Made by a program: the position numbers and the translations under genes. The notes below the pieces were generated by a model. That model searched no databases. It was not told the DNA's origin and saw only the letters and a list, made by a program, of their open reading frames with translations. 64,000 nt of DNA from Porphyridium purpureum (Eukaryota): assembly GCA_008690995.1 (NCBI GenBank), contig VRMN01000003.1, forward strand, positions 806,001 through 870,000, given 5' to 3'. Shown one piece after another: positions 33,428-43,265 of the stretch; positions within the stretch are counted from its first letter, which is position 1; every line of letters begins with the position of its first letter.

Positions 33428-36400
33428 CTAGCCCTCATTATCGAGCTGGATGAATTGAAGTGCCTCCACCTTGGACACGCGCTCAACACCACTCAACTTG
33501 TTACGATGCGTCACACCAAAGCACATATCGGCTGCGTGGACAAACTCGGGACGGAACGTCGTAGTTACAAACTGAGTCCCGCTCGCAGCTTGTGCCTTGA
33601 TTAACTCTGCAACAGCGGCACGATACGTCGAGTCTAGATTCGCGTCAATCTCATCAAACAAGTAGAATGGAGCCGGATCCAAGCGCTGAATGGCAAAGAT
33701 CAGCGTCATGGCGACCAAACTCTTTTGACCACCCGATAGCTGCTGAAGCAGAAACGTCTCACTGCCATGGAATGAAACTTTCATAGCCACGCCTGTGTAA
33801 TTCAGCGGGCCAGACGTCGCCGTCAACGCGTCCTCCTCAACTCCATCCTCAGCGCCTGCTTCCGCAGCACTTTGACCGCGAGCGCGCTTGCGCGCCACTG
33901 CAGGGGTAGCAGTATTAGAAGCAGCGGCCTCGTCACCTCGCAGCATGACAAGCGCCGCCTTGCCGTTTGGGATCATGGTTGCGAAAATTTCTGAGAAGTT
34001 TTTGCTCACGCCGCGGAACGTGCGCAGAATGTCATTCTCCTTACGCTCGTCAAGCGACGCGATCATGGTGTCAATCGCGCGAGCGCCACTTTCGAGCTCA
34101 GTGCGTCTCTGTATGAGCGCGTCCCTCCGCTCAGCAAAGCTCATGTACTGGTCCAGAGCTTTCTTATTAACGTGGCCAAACTGAGCAAGCTCCGCATTGA
34201 CGCCAGCCAGCTGCTTCATGAGGCGACCACTGCTGGTACCGCCTGATGCGCCTCCACTGTACTTTTGCCAGTCCGCGGGGAGCGAGCCCAAGTCTCGAAT
34301 TTTGCGCTCCGCCTCAATCTTCTTCATGGTCCACTTGCTGCGCTGGTTGAACAACGTGTCCATGGTCTCTTGCTCGCGACTCATCTCTTCTTCGAGTGTT
34401 TTGCTCGCGTCTTCGCACCTCTCGCACTCCTTCTCGGCGTCCGCCGCCTGTCGAGTCTTTTCATCCTGCTCTTTGTGAATCACAGCAAGCTCACGGTCCC
34501 ACTCACCGAGCTCATCGATTAAATTTTGCATCAATTCACGCTTTGCACGCAACTCAGATGCGAGGCTTCTATCGGTGGTGGCCCCAGCACCGCCTCCAAA
34601 TGCCCCGGAAGCACTTGTACCGGACCGCGCGACAAGAGCGCGCAGCTCATCGGCACGCTTCTCGAGGTTGTTTTGCAACTCGCTCTGCAGCGCATTCACG
34701 CGGGTTTCGATTTGCGCACGTCGCATGGCTACTTCAGCCAGTCGCACTTCCCTCAGATTCTGAATAGCCGCGCTGGCCTCTGCAAGTGCCTGCTCCTCTT
34801 CGACACTAAGACCGGCAGCTACGGGTGCGCGCGCAGCTGTTGCGCTAGAAACTGCTTCAAACTCGGCGCGCACGCTTTCGCATTGCCGAGCTGCAAGCAC
34901 AATGCCGGCGTCAAGAGTGGTAATGCGCTCCCGTACGGCGTCTACGACCCCTGCGAGGTCCGCTTCGAGGCGCTGCTGCAACTCAATTTCTCGGTGCACG
35001 GCAAGGAGGTCGGAAGAGAGCATGCGTTTGGTAACCTCTAGCTTCTGAAGTTCACCCAACACGGTTGACAGCTCTGACTCCACCTCAAGCACTTTTTGCT
35101 TCGTCTGTGCGCTTGTACGCGAAACATCCACAAGTGCCGCGGAAGCGCGATTCAATTCCGTGGCAGCCTCAAGTCTCCCGGTGCTCGCTTGAGCAAAGCC
35201 GCCCGTCATTGCACCACGCTTGTTTACCTGGTCACCATCCAGAGTCACACAATGCACGTTTTGCTCCGCGGATACAAGCGCCGCTACTTTCACGTCACGC
35301 GCAATCATTGTGCGCCCGAACAACTGCATGAAGACTTTGCGGAGCCGCGCGTCAAAACGAAGTTTCCCAAATAGCGCAATGGCGTCTTGCGACGCAACTG
35401 GAGGGGCGCGGTTCAAAACAGCGTCGGACACGCGGTTCAGTGGAATAAAGGTCACGCGACCAGCCTTCTCGCGCTGCAACACTCGCACCAGATGCGCAGC
35501 TGTCTCGTCAGTATCCACAACCACGTGACTCAGTGTTGCGCCGGCAGCGGTCTCCAGTGCAGTATAGAAACGTGAGTCAACGTCGACCAGCTCGTAGATT
35601 GCACCGTACACTTTGAAGAGCCGCTGCTGCTGCTGCTGCTTCCGACGACGATGATCACCACCACTCGTGTCGTCATCTCCAAACGCATGGATACCGTAGG
35701 GCGCAAACTGGGCCGGGTTCGCTTCGACAGCGCGCCGAATGCACTGGAGCGCTTGCGCAGTCTGATTGCCTAGCGCCGAGCGGAGTGAGCGTTCGGCCTT
35801 GCCTTTGGCGTCTGCAAGCATCGCAATATCGGCGTCGACCTGCGCATCGTTTCGCCATAACTCCTGGCGCTGAGCGTGCGCTTGCGCGCGGCGCTGCTTG
35901 AGTGAGGCGTCTGCACCTGCGAGCTCGTCTAGCCGTGTCTGTATCGAAAGGCGCTGTGCTTCGAGCTCGCTGCGTGTCCCTGGCAACGTTTGCACCCGCC
36001 GCTCCGCCTGTTCCGCCTCGCGGCGCGCTTCCGCAAGTTCTGCCACTAAGCGCTCTCGCTCCTGCTCGGCTTCTGAGAGTTCGCGCTGCAAAAGCACCGT
36101 ACGTTCGCGCTCAGAGCGTCCGCGCATCTTCCGACGACGCTGCTCCGTCGCTCGAAGGTCGAGTGCCCGGGCTTCTCGCTGCGCCAACTCTTCTTCTACC
36201 TCGCGCTCCTCTGCGCGCGCCGCTTCAAAGCCAGGCAGTAGCTGCGTCTCTAGCTCGGACTTTTTTGCAGTGATTCGCCTCTCGATAGCTTCGAGCTCTA
36301 CCTGCGCCACCATGCGTTCCGACTCACCAATGCGCGCAGCTTCTTCTAGCTCCTCGAGCTCGACCTCGGCCGTGGCACGTGCCTCGAGAGACTCAGCGCG

Positions 36401-37282
36401 CCTCTGACTGCACGTGTTCAGACGAAGCTCCAGGCTCCTGAGCTGCGAATGTAAGCGATCTCGAACGGCCGCTTGCTCCTTGAGGTCGCGTTGAAGGTCG
36501 CCCAGCTTGCTGTGGCGCACAGCCACGCGCTCGTGCTCCTGTGCGCGTTGCAGCTCAATTTCCTCAAGGTGGGCGCGGCATGTGTCAAGGTCAAGGCGCA
36601 GCAGAGCGTACTCGAGAGCGCGGCGCTTTTTGTCCAGCCCCTGAAACTTACCAAGCTCCTCTTTCTCCGACTCTAGCTCTGCGATGCGCTGCTCCATGTA
36701 CTCGATGACCTCGCCAATCTTTTCACGCTGGCTGTTTGTTTCCGCCATCAATCGCAGGCTCTCCTCACGCCGCTCGTCATAAACGCGCGTCCCGGCTACC
36801 TCTTTGAGCAGCTCGAAGCGCGCCTCATTCGACATGCTGCACATGGTTGCAACCTTGCCTTGTTGCATAATGTAGTACGGGTTGCTGCGCGAGAAGCCTG
36901 CCGCCTCGAGAAGATTGAATACTTCGGCACGCGTGACGTTCCGTCGATCCAGCACGTACTCGTCCTTCTTCAATCCTACAATGCGCCGTAGCGCGACGCG
37001 GTCCTTCTCCACGGGCAACCGACCCAGCGAGTTGTCAAACACAATCTCGACGTACGCAGAGAGCACGGAGCTCCCGGCGCCCTCGTGGAGCAGCGCGACG
37101 CGCTCCTCTGCGCGCAGAGATCCGTATGCATCTGCTAGCACGAAACGAATGGCGTCGAAGAAGTTAGACTTACCAGAGCCGTTGCGACCCACCACCACAT
37201 TATGCCCGGGCGACAAATCGGTGATCTGCACGGCGTCGCGGTACGACTTGAAGCCGGAAATGGTTATTGACGTGATAAACAT
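33428..37282 (-). CDS. SMC3: Structural maintenance of chromosomes 3 (cohesin)
   Basis: MFITSITISGFKSY, GRNGSGKSNFF, RRIVGLKKDEY (acetylation KK), GFSRSNPYYIMQQG, hinge GRVTFIPLN/GAMTGG, LSGGQKSLVA, PAPFYLFDEIDANLD, TTFRPE. Confidence 0.98.
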   Translation of the reverse strand: MFITSITISGFKSYRDAVQITDLSPGHNVVVGRNGSGKSNFFDAIRFVLADAYGSLRAEERVALLHEGAGSSVLSAYVEIVFDNSLGRLPVEKDRVALRRIVGLKKDEYVLDRRNVTRAEVFNLLEAAGFSRSNPYYIMQQGKVATMCSMSNEARFELLKEVAGTRVYDERREESLRLMAETNSQREKIGEVIEYMEQRIAELESEKEELGKFQGLDKKRRALEYALLRLDLDTCRAHLEEIELQRAQEHERVAVRHSKLGDLQRDLKEQAAVRDRLHSQLRSLELRLNTCSQRRAESLEARATAEVELEELEEAARIGESERMVAQVELEAIERRITAKKSELETQLLPGFEAARAEEREVEEELAQREARALDLRATEQRRRKMRGRSERERTVLLQRELSEAEQERERLVAELAEARREAEQAERRVQTLPGTRSELEAQRLSIQTRLDELAGADASLKQRRAQAHAQRQELWRNDAQVDADIAMLADAKGKAERSLRSALGNQTAQALQCIRRAVEANPAQFAPYGIHAFGDDDTSGGDHRRRKQQQQQRLFKVYGAIYELVDVDSRFYTALETAAGATLSHVVVDTDETAAHLVRVLQREKAGRVTFIPLNRVSDAVLNRAPPVASQDAIALFGKLRFDARLRKVFMQLFGRTMIARDVKVAALVSAEQNVHCVTLDGDQVNKRGAMTGGFAQASTGRLEAATELNRASAALVDVSRTSAQTKQKVLEVESELSTVLGELQKLEVTKRMLSSDLLAVHREIELQQRLEADLAGVVDAVRERITTLDAGIVLAARQCESVRAEFEAVSSATAARAPVAAGLSVEEEQALAEASAAIQNLREVRLAEVAMRRAQIETRVNALQSELQNNLEKRADELRALVARSGTSASGAFGGGAGATTDRSLASELRAKRELMQNLIDELGEWDRELAVIHKEQDEKTRQAADAEKECERCEDASKTLEEEMSREQETMDTLFNQRSKWTMKKIEAERKIRDLGSLPADWQKYSGGASGGTSSGRLMKQLAGVNAELAQFGHVNKKALDQYMSFAERRDALIQRRTELESGARAIDTMIASLDERKENDILRTFRGVSKNFSEIFATMIPNGKAALVMLRGDEAAASNTATPAVARKRARGQSAAEAGAEDGVEEDALTATSGPLNYTGVAMKVSFHGSETFLLQQLSGGQKSLVAMTLIFAIQRLDPAPFYLFDEIDANLDSTYRAAVAELIKAQAASGTQFVTTTFRPEFVHAADMCFGVTHRNKLSGVERVSKVEALQFIQLDNEG

Positions 37283-37565
37283 AGCGACGCACCGGCCCCT
37301 TGCTCGGCAGATGCAGGGCAACGTGCCCTTGCGCCAGCCGTGCAACCTAGTCACGCTTCGCGCTCGACCACAGTCCCCTCTTTCTCCTCCCCTCGCGGCC
37401 TCATGTGCACGCGCACAAGCGCGTTGCCCTTTTCGGTCTGGTCGAGTTTTTTTTTCTTTCCGGGTTTTCGCGCCAACGCGCGCTCTTTACTACTGAGAGA
37501 TGGCATGAGCATGCCGCATTACGTGCTCATGCAAGATGTGAATGTAATGCCGAATGACATTGGCC

Positions 37566-38660
37566 TCATCTGGCGGGAGATGGCAACGCGGCGACGTAGT
37601 GCGCGAGGCTGGGGAAGACGTGGTCCGGGCGCCGAATGTCAGATGGGTCGAGCTCGGCCAGCTCCTGTTCGGTGGTGCAGCCGGTCAGCACAAGCACGCT
37701 CCCGATGCCCCCGTTCTTGGCAAACAGGATGTCGGTGTCGAGGCGGTCGCCCACCATCATGGCGTCCGCGCGTTCCACGCCAAACTCCGTCAGAATGGTC
37801 TCGATCAGCAGCGCACTGGGCTTCCCAATGACCGCATCCGCCGCACGCCCGGTCGCGCACTCGAGCGCGCCTACCATAGGTCCGGTTCCGGGCATCAGAT
37901 ACCCGCTCGCACTCTTGTCCTGCGCGTCCAGATTCGTCGCAAGGAACAAGGCGCCCTTCTGAACAAAGAACGACGCGTACGACATTTTGGCCATGGAAAA
38001 CTGAAGGTCCCAGCCAATCGCAACCAAATCACACCGTTCCGGAAGCTGCATCTGCTTGTCCTCGTCTGTCCTCTTGCTCATGTCGCTCAAATTTGCGAAG
38101 AGAGCCTCGTCCATCTCGGTGCTTGCGTCATGTCGGAAGCACCGAATACCGACCGACTCAAGCTCTTCGACCAAGCCTGGCTCGCCAATGACGTACGCTG
38201 TCTTGATGTCGCTGTGCTTGCTCTTGACATACGACGCCAGCGCCGAGCCTGACGTCACAATATCATCTGGGCGCGCGTCAATGCCATTTCTCTTCAACTT
38301 TTGCGCATACCCGCGACGGCTAAAGCGCACATTGTTAGTTACAAAAATTGTCCGGATGCCACGCGCCCGCAGCTCCTTGACTGCGTCCGCCGAGCCCTCG
38401 ACGCTGCTTTCGCCGTGCCACAGAACTCCATCTTGGTCAAGAAGGACGCACCGTGGGGCCTTGAGCTCCGGAGACGCCGCGGCTGCCACGACTCCCTCGG
38501 CCGCGCGTTCAGGAGCTCCTACACAACAAGTCACTCGATGCCTACGCCGCCGCACGGCGACAAACACGCTTGGATAGTGTGCGGCTCGCTTTTGAACACA
38601 TGTGCCGCCACCTGTAGCCCTCACATCGAGCGCTCCGATTGCATACTGAAACCCAAACAT
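37566..38660 (-). CDS. HAD-IIA phosphatase, phosphoglycolate phosphatase-like (PGLP/PGP), with a plastid-like presequence
   Basis: LLDQDGVLW, FVTNN, YVIGEPGL, FLATNLD, PGTG, IGKPS, MVGDRLDTDILF, LVLTG. MFGF...RRRHRVTC transit-like N-terminus. Confidence 0.88.
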   Translation of the reverse strand: MFGFQYAIGALDVRATGGGTCVQKRAAHYPSVFVAVRRRRHRVTCCVGAPERAAEGVVAAAASPELKAPRCVLLDQDGVLWHGESSVEGSADAVKELRARGIRTIFVTNNVRFSRRGYAQKLKRNGIDARPDDIVTSGSALASYVKSKHSDIKTAYVIGEPGLVEELESVGIRCFRHDASTEMDEALFANLSDMSKRTDEDKQMQLPERCDLVAIGWDLQFSMAKMSYASFFVQKGALFLATNLDAQDKSASGYLMPGTGPMVGALECATGRAADAVIGKPSALLIETILTEFGVERADAMMVGDRLDTDILFAKNGGIGSVLVLTGCTTEQELAELDPSDIRRPDHVFPSLAHYVAALPSPAR

Positions 38661-38805
38661 CGTCTTCGTCACAATGCTTCCGTCACCGCAGATTCAAAAC
38701 AACCTTCCCGCCATGGGCGTTCAGAAGTTGATGAGTTCGTGGAGCATCAGCCACTAGAAACTCTGATTCCTTCGATTTGAACGGACATTCGAGGTTTTAT
38801 TGAGT

Positions 38806-41800
38806 CTATTCAGGTCTACCTTCCAAGTGCAGACTGATGCTGTGGACTGCGTCAACAGCAGACTGCACATCAGGCAGGTAGCGCGTGGCGCTGGAGCCGT
38901 CTGATCGCCCGACTCCGCACGACAAGGTGTGAATTTCGACGCCATGCGTCAGCATGACAACCATATTCGACAACGAAACGACTGAAGAGACCGGCGTCAA
39001 GCCAGCTGTCATAGCCATGTTCAGGTTCACGGCCTTGCTGCCCGCCCGTTCATTCATGTCGCGGCTCATGCCTGCCAGGCGGCTCAAGCCACTATTCATG
39101 CTCGTCATTTCGCCCCCATGGGGTCCGCCAGTGGTGAATGACGAGTAGGAGGCCGATTTGCGGCTATCGCGCGAAGCTAGCGCTGCCAAGTAGTCATACA
39201 AGTCCTCGTCGCCCTTTTCTGTTCCACAAAGGGCAAAAACAACTCCGGGCTTATTGTTGGCCATGAGCGTTAAAATGCGCTGCAGTGCCGTCAGCTTTGA
39301 CACGCCCAGTGGCCGGATCTCAATCATCTTGTGTGAATCGACAACTTGAATTGGCAGTTTTTGGTAAAATGACTCCGAAATATCGGCACGCAGCTCCTTG
39401 GCTTGCCACGAGCCGAAGACAGGATCTGAATCGCGATAGTGCCACGAAATGCCATGGTTCTTGATTTCCAGTTTGGAGCCCGGCGTACGCTCAGCAAAGT
39501 ACTCAAGAATGGGCCGGATCGCCTCCATCCATGACAAGTCTCTCTGCGCGAAAAACGCGAGCGGCTGCCATGTCGACTCGTAGGGCATACGAACTTCACA
39601 TCCAGATTCCGCAATCAGGCCTATGCTTGAGTCCGGGAACCAGACGTCCATAATGCCCGTTGAGCGACTCGAAAAGATGAATACTGAGTTCAGCGGGTTG
39701 GTAGTGATGCGCAGCAGGCTTTGCAAGAGCGTCTCTGATGGCCAGCACAACTCTGGCAGCGTTTGAAAGTCACAAAGTGCGCCTTCGTACTCAAAGAAGA
39801 ACAGCTTGTGAGAATTTGCCCGCGAGCGATGCATGAGCGGGACAAAATCAGTATCGACCCTGAAAAGTGGCGCGCCCGAGGATGACATGGTCTGGCGATT
39901 GTGGTGCACATTCTTTAACTGTGCGTCGATCTTGTACAGCTCCTTGACGAATCTGGCACCCCAATACTCGGCAGAATGTGACACAACGTATCGAAAGAGC
40001 TTTCTGTGTTTTGCCTCGCGATCTTCACGACGCATGAGCAACGCTTCATCATAGGCATCGGCTAGCTCCTCGATATTCCATGGATTCACGCGCACGGCAC
40101 CGGCAGCGATCTGAAGCGAGCCAGCAAACTCGGAGAAAATAAGCACGCCATGATTGTCACGCTGGGCGACGATATATTCGCAACTCACGGTCGACAGACT
40201 ATCACGAAGCGATGTGGTCACAAACACGTCCGCGAAGGTGTAGAAAGCGACCAGATCGTCAAAGTCGAGCCGCTGATTGATAAAAAGAATGGGACTGTGA
40301 CCGACGCTTCCGAACATGCCGTTAATTCTCCCAACTAGCTCTTGTACTTTCAAGAGCAGCTGCTTGTAATCCTCGGACTGTGTGCGACTCGGAAACGCAA
40401 TGAGCACCAGCTTGACCTGGTCCTTCCAATGCGGATACGCACGCAAAAAATGCTCGAATGCGATCAGTTTGTGAGGAATACCTTTGGTATAATTCACTCG
40501 ATCTACGGCAAGGAACACTCGAATGCCATGAAATCGCTCACGCAGAGCGGAAACCCGTGCTTTGACCGGGTCCGAGTCCATTGAAGTAAGGATAGAATGC
40601 GCCTCCACTCCCATCGGCACCGTGAGCGTGCGAACAAAATGCCGGTTCACAAAAACGCCCTCATAGTTTGTCTCAAGCCCAAGCAATCTTGTGCACATTG
40701 ACTTGAAGTGTTGCACATAGTCGTGCGCGTGAAAGCCAATCAAGTTTGCCGACGCAGCGGCCTCCAACAGGTCCTGCCGGAACGGCAACGTGCGGAATAC
40801 CTCACTTGCTGGCACAGGCGTGGAAAGATAAAAGCCAATCGTGACATCTCGAAGCCGTTTTCGTAGCAGCGCCGGGAGCAGCATCAGCTCGAGGTCGTAA
40901 ATCCAAATGACATCGCCTGCGCGATACACCTCGACCACTGCCTCTGCATACTTGTTGTTCGCCGCAACGTATGCCTCCCACGCAGCATGGTCCAAGTGAT
41001 GAGCGATCTGCGCTGTTCGCACGCTCGGTGGCACGTAGTGGAATAGCGGCCATAACGTGTCATAAACAAACAGATTAAACGCAAGCTCACGCAGCTCTTC
41101 GCTGAGAAAGACAGGGAAGCATCCCCGTGTCTCAAGCATGACGCGTCGACAGCGCTCCTGCATGGCCACGTCCACGTCGCCAGTCGTTGCCTGGACGCTT
41201 CCGACGTGCAGAACAGAGTTTTGACTTACAAACGGCTCTCCGAACACAGTTCCGATAGCACCTAGTCCTCCCGTACCAAGGTCATCCACCGTAAATGGAT
41301 TCTCGTTGGTCGCTGAACTCGGTGATGTGTCACTTGACTCAAGCGTCTGCGGCTCCACGCGCACGCGAAGAGGCAGTCGCGGAACAACGCAAATCACGCG
41401 CGGAAGTATACCTTCTTCTCCACTACCGTGGTGATATGCGTGAAGCGCATGAAGGGCGTGCGAGTCTGGCGCGCCTACCGGAGCCACTCCATTTGACGAT
41501 TCGCCCAATCCAGCCTCTGAGACGCCAGGAACATCGTTTGCGGGATTTGTCAAAGCTCCGGTACCTTGCCCTGCATTTGCATCTCTGCCGCTCTCAAACC
41601 GACTGTTCTGATCAAATTCATATTCGGGCGAGCCTTTCGATGGATTATTCTTGGCGCTATCCTGCCGGACTTCAAACCCGCTAAATTCTGGCTCTTGCTT
41701 CATATCACCGCGCGACTCTTGATTAGCAGCCGGTGCGTTTCCACTGGCTTCTTGAAGATCCAGCGCGTGCAACTCATTCTGCAGCAAGGACATCTTTGCG

Positions 41801-42129
41801 TATATCTGATGCTCGCTCAACGCGCCGCTTGCAGCCGCCGAACGCAGGTTTGCGGCGTCGTCCGCATCACCCGCGTCCGATGCGGCGCTGCCAGACAGTT
41901 CTCCCTCCATCACACTGCTGTCAGGAGCCCATGGGCTCGCCGGATGCACTTGATGCGGCGCGCGAGCGCCTACGACTGGCGGGGGAGCCGACGTCGACGA
42001 CGAGCCGCCTTGCTCATCCTGCGCCTGGAGGCTCGCGCCAGACACAGGCAACACGTCCGTTTCCACCCGTTCCGCACCTTGCGCTCCTGCAGCTTGCTCG
42101 GCGCCGTGCGCCACCGCCCGCTCCTGCAT
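38806..42129 (-). CDS. GT20 trehalose-6-phosphate synthase-like / HAD phosphatase fusion (candidate (iso)floridoside-phosphate synthase family) with divergent catalytic motifs
   Basis: LWPLFHY, WEAYVAAN, IWIYDLELMLLP, LIGFH, AVDRVNYTKGIPHKL, PSR, GRINGMFG, TSLRD...EY, SEFAG, VNPWN. TPP-like half has FFFEYEGAL, LIAESG, ERTPGS, WHYRDSDP. Confidence 0.9.
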   Translation of the reverse strand: MQERAVAHGAEQAAGAQGAERVETDVLPVSGASLQAQDEQGGSSSTSAPPPVVGARAPHQVHPASPWAPDSSVMEGELSGSAASDAGDADDAANLRSAAASGALSEHQIYAKMSLLQNELHALDLQEASGNAPAANQESRGDMKQEPEFSGFEVRQDSAKNNPSKGSPEYEFDQNSRFESGRDANAGQGTGALTNPANDVPGVSEAGLGESSNGVAPVGAPDSHALHALHAYHHGSGEEGILPRVICVVPRLPLRVRVEPQTLESSDTSPSSATNENPFTVDDLGTGGLGAIGTVFGEPFVSQNSVLHVGSVQATTGDVDVAMQERCRRVMLETRGCFPVFLSEELRELAFNLFVYDTLWPLFHYVPPSVRTAQIAHHLDHAAWEAYVAANNKYAEAVVEVYRAGDVIWIYDLELMLLPALLRKRLRDVTIGFYLSTPVPASEVFRTLPFRQDLLEAAASANLIGFHAHDYVQHFKSMCTRLLGLETNYEGVFVNRHFVRTLTVPMGVEAHSILTSMDSDPVKARVSALRERFHGIRVFLAVDRVNYTKGIPHKLIAFEHFLRAYPHWKDQVKLVLIAFPSRTQSEDYKQLLLKVQELVGRINGMFGSVGHSPILFINQRLDFDDLVAFYTFADVFVTTSLRDSLSTVSCEYIVAQRDNHGVLIFSEFAGSLQIAAGAVRVNPWNIEELADAYDEALLMRREDREAKHRKLFRYVVSHSAEYWGARFVKELYKIDAQLKNVHHNRQTMSSSGAPLFRVDTDFVPLMHRSRANSHKLFFFEYEGALCDFQTLPELCWPSETLLQSLLRITTNPLNSVFIFSSRSTGIMDVWFPDSSIGLIAESGCEVRMPYESTWQPLAFFAQRDLSWMEAIRPILEYFAERTPGSKLEIKNHGISWHYRDSDPVFGSWQAKELRADISESFYQKLPIQVVDSHKMIEIRPLGVSKLTALQRILTLMANNKPGVVFALCGTEKGDEDLYDYLAALASRDSRKSASYSSFTTGGPHGGEMTSMNSGLSRLAGMSRDMNERAGSKAVNLNMAMTAGLTPVSSVVSLSNMVVMLTHGVEIHTLSCGVGRSDGSSATRYLPDVQSAVDAVHSISLHLEGRPE

Positions 42130-43265
42130 GTCGCCGGCACATTTAATCCTGCGCCGTCCCTCGCAGCCTTGCGAGCTTCATCCCAGTTCGTGCGCGACCA
42201 GTTTCTCTTCAAACCGGGCAGAGCTTCCAACTGTACTTTGAAAGTACAGTCAGCTGTGCGTTTGATTCTCATTTGGAGATTGTGATTAAATGATGTTGGT
42301 TTACTATGAAAAAATATCAGCCTCGATCCGGTTGAAGTGGCTGCAGAGATTCTGATATGAACGCGCTGTTTTCCTATTATTTTTCAGGTCAGCAAAAGCA
42401 TGGACCGTTAAACCGTTTAAGATTCTTGAACGTCCACAAAACGCTCGCGTGTGTGGACAAGGGATGCTGCAGGGCTTGGCAGGTTGAGTGAAGTGTCGCA
42501 GACACCAACCTAGAAAACCCACCTCTTACCGCATCTTGCTCATCACCTCCATGCCCACCGGTCGTCCGCTCATCCACTTGGCATGTGGCTTGTCGTGACA
42601 TAATTACCCACTGCTGAAACCAGCGAGTTGGCTTGCAGTTGTTTCGTCGTCCAGCTTTGCAGGGAACGCGCTTTCATCGGGTTCAATCGCTGGTGAGTTC
42701 TCCGATGAGTGAGACAACTTCGCGGCTTCTATCTCGCGACCCAGGGCAATGCGCACACGCAACGCACTGTTGCGTCCGTTCGCACACTCGGTGGTTCGGT
42801 CAGGCGCCGCCGCGGCGCACACACGGCGGCAACGCGCTGCCGACACTCATGCCGTGGCGGCGGCCATGTAGCCAACCTACGACCCAGTGACACCGAGACA
42901 TTCCCGTGCCTTGCCGATTGTCCGCCTTCCAATACCCTGATGATCAGTCAGCGACGAGCTGGCTATCTGCCAACACCGCCGCGTGCTCGCGCGCATGCAT
43001 CTGCGCCTGAACCGCGCCCTGTGCGCGTGCAAATGAGCGATCTCAACGGTGATTGTGATGATCACGCAGGACGGTTTAGGTAGAGTTAAAATCGGGCGCG
43101 TGTTTCTGAGAAGTAACTGCGTTGTGGACTCAGTGTCTAACTGACACCGTTGCAACGTTGGGAGAGAAAGGGGCGCCCTCGGGGAAGGATTAAGTGTAGG
43201 AGAGGGTTTGGCGAGAGGGAAAAGCGGACGCGCGGTGTTGTGTGCGCGCGAGGGTGGGACTCGGC

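Noticed and set aside
35620..35690. Poly-Q/acidic insert in the SMC3 hinge
   Set aside because: Short low-complexity loop insertions occur in many proteins in this window; there is no specific evidence of function.
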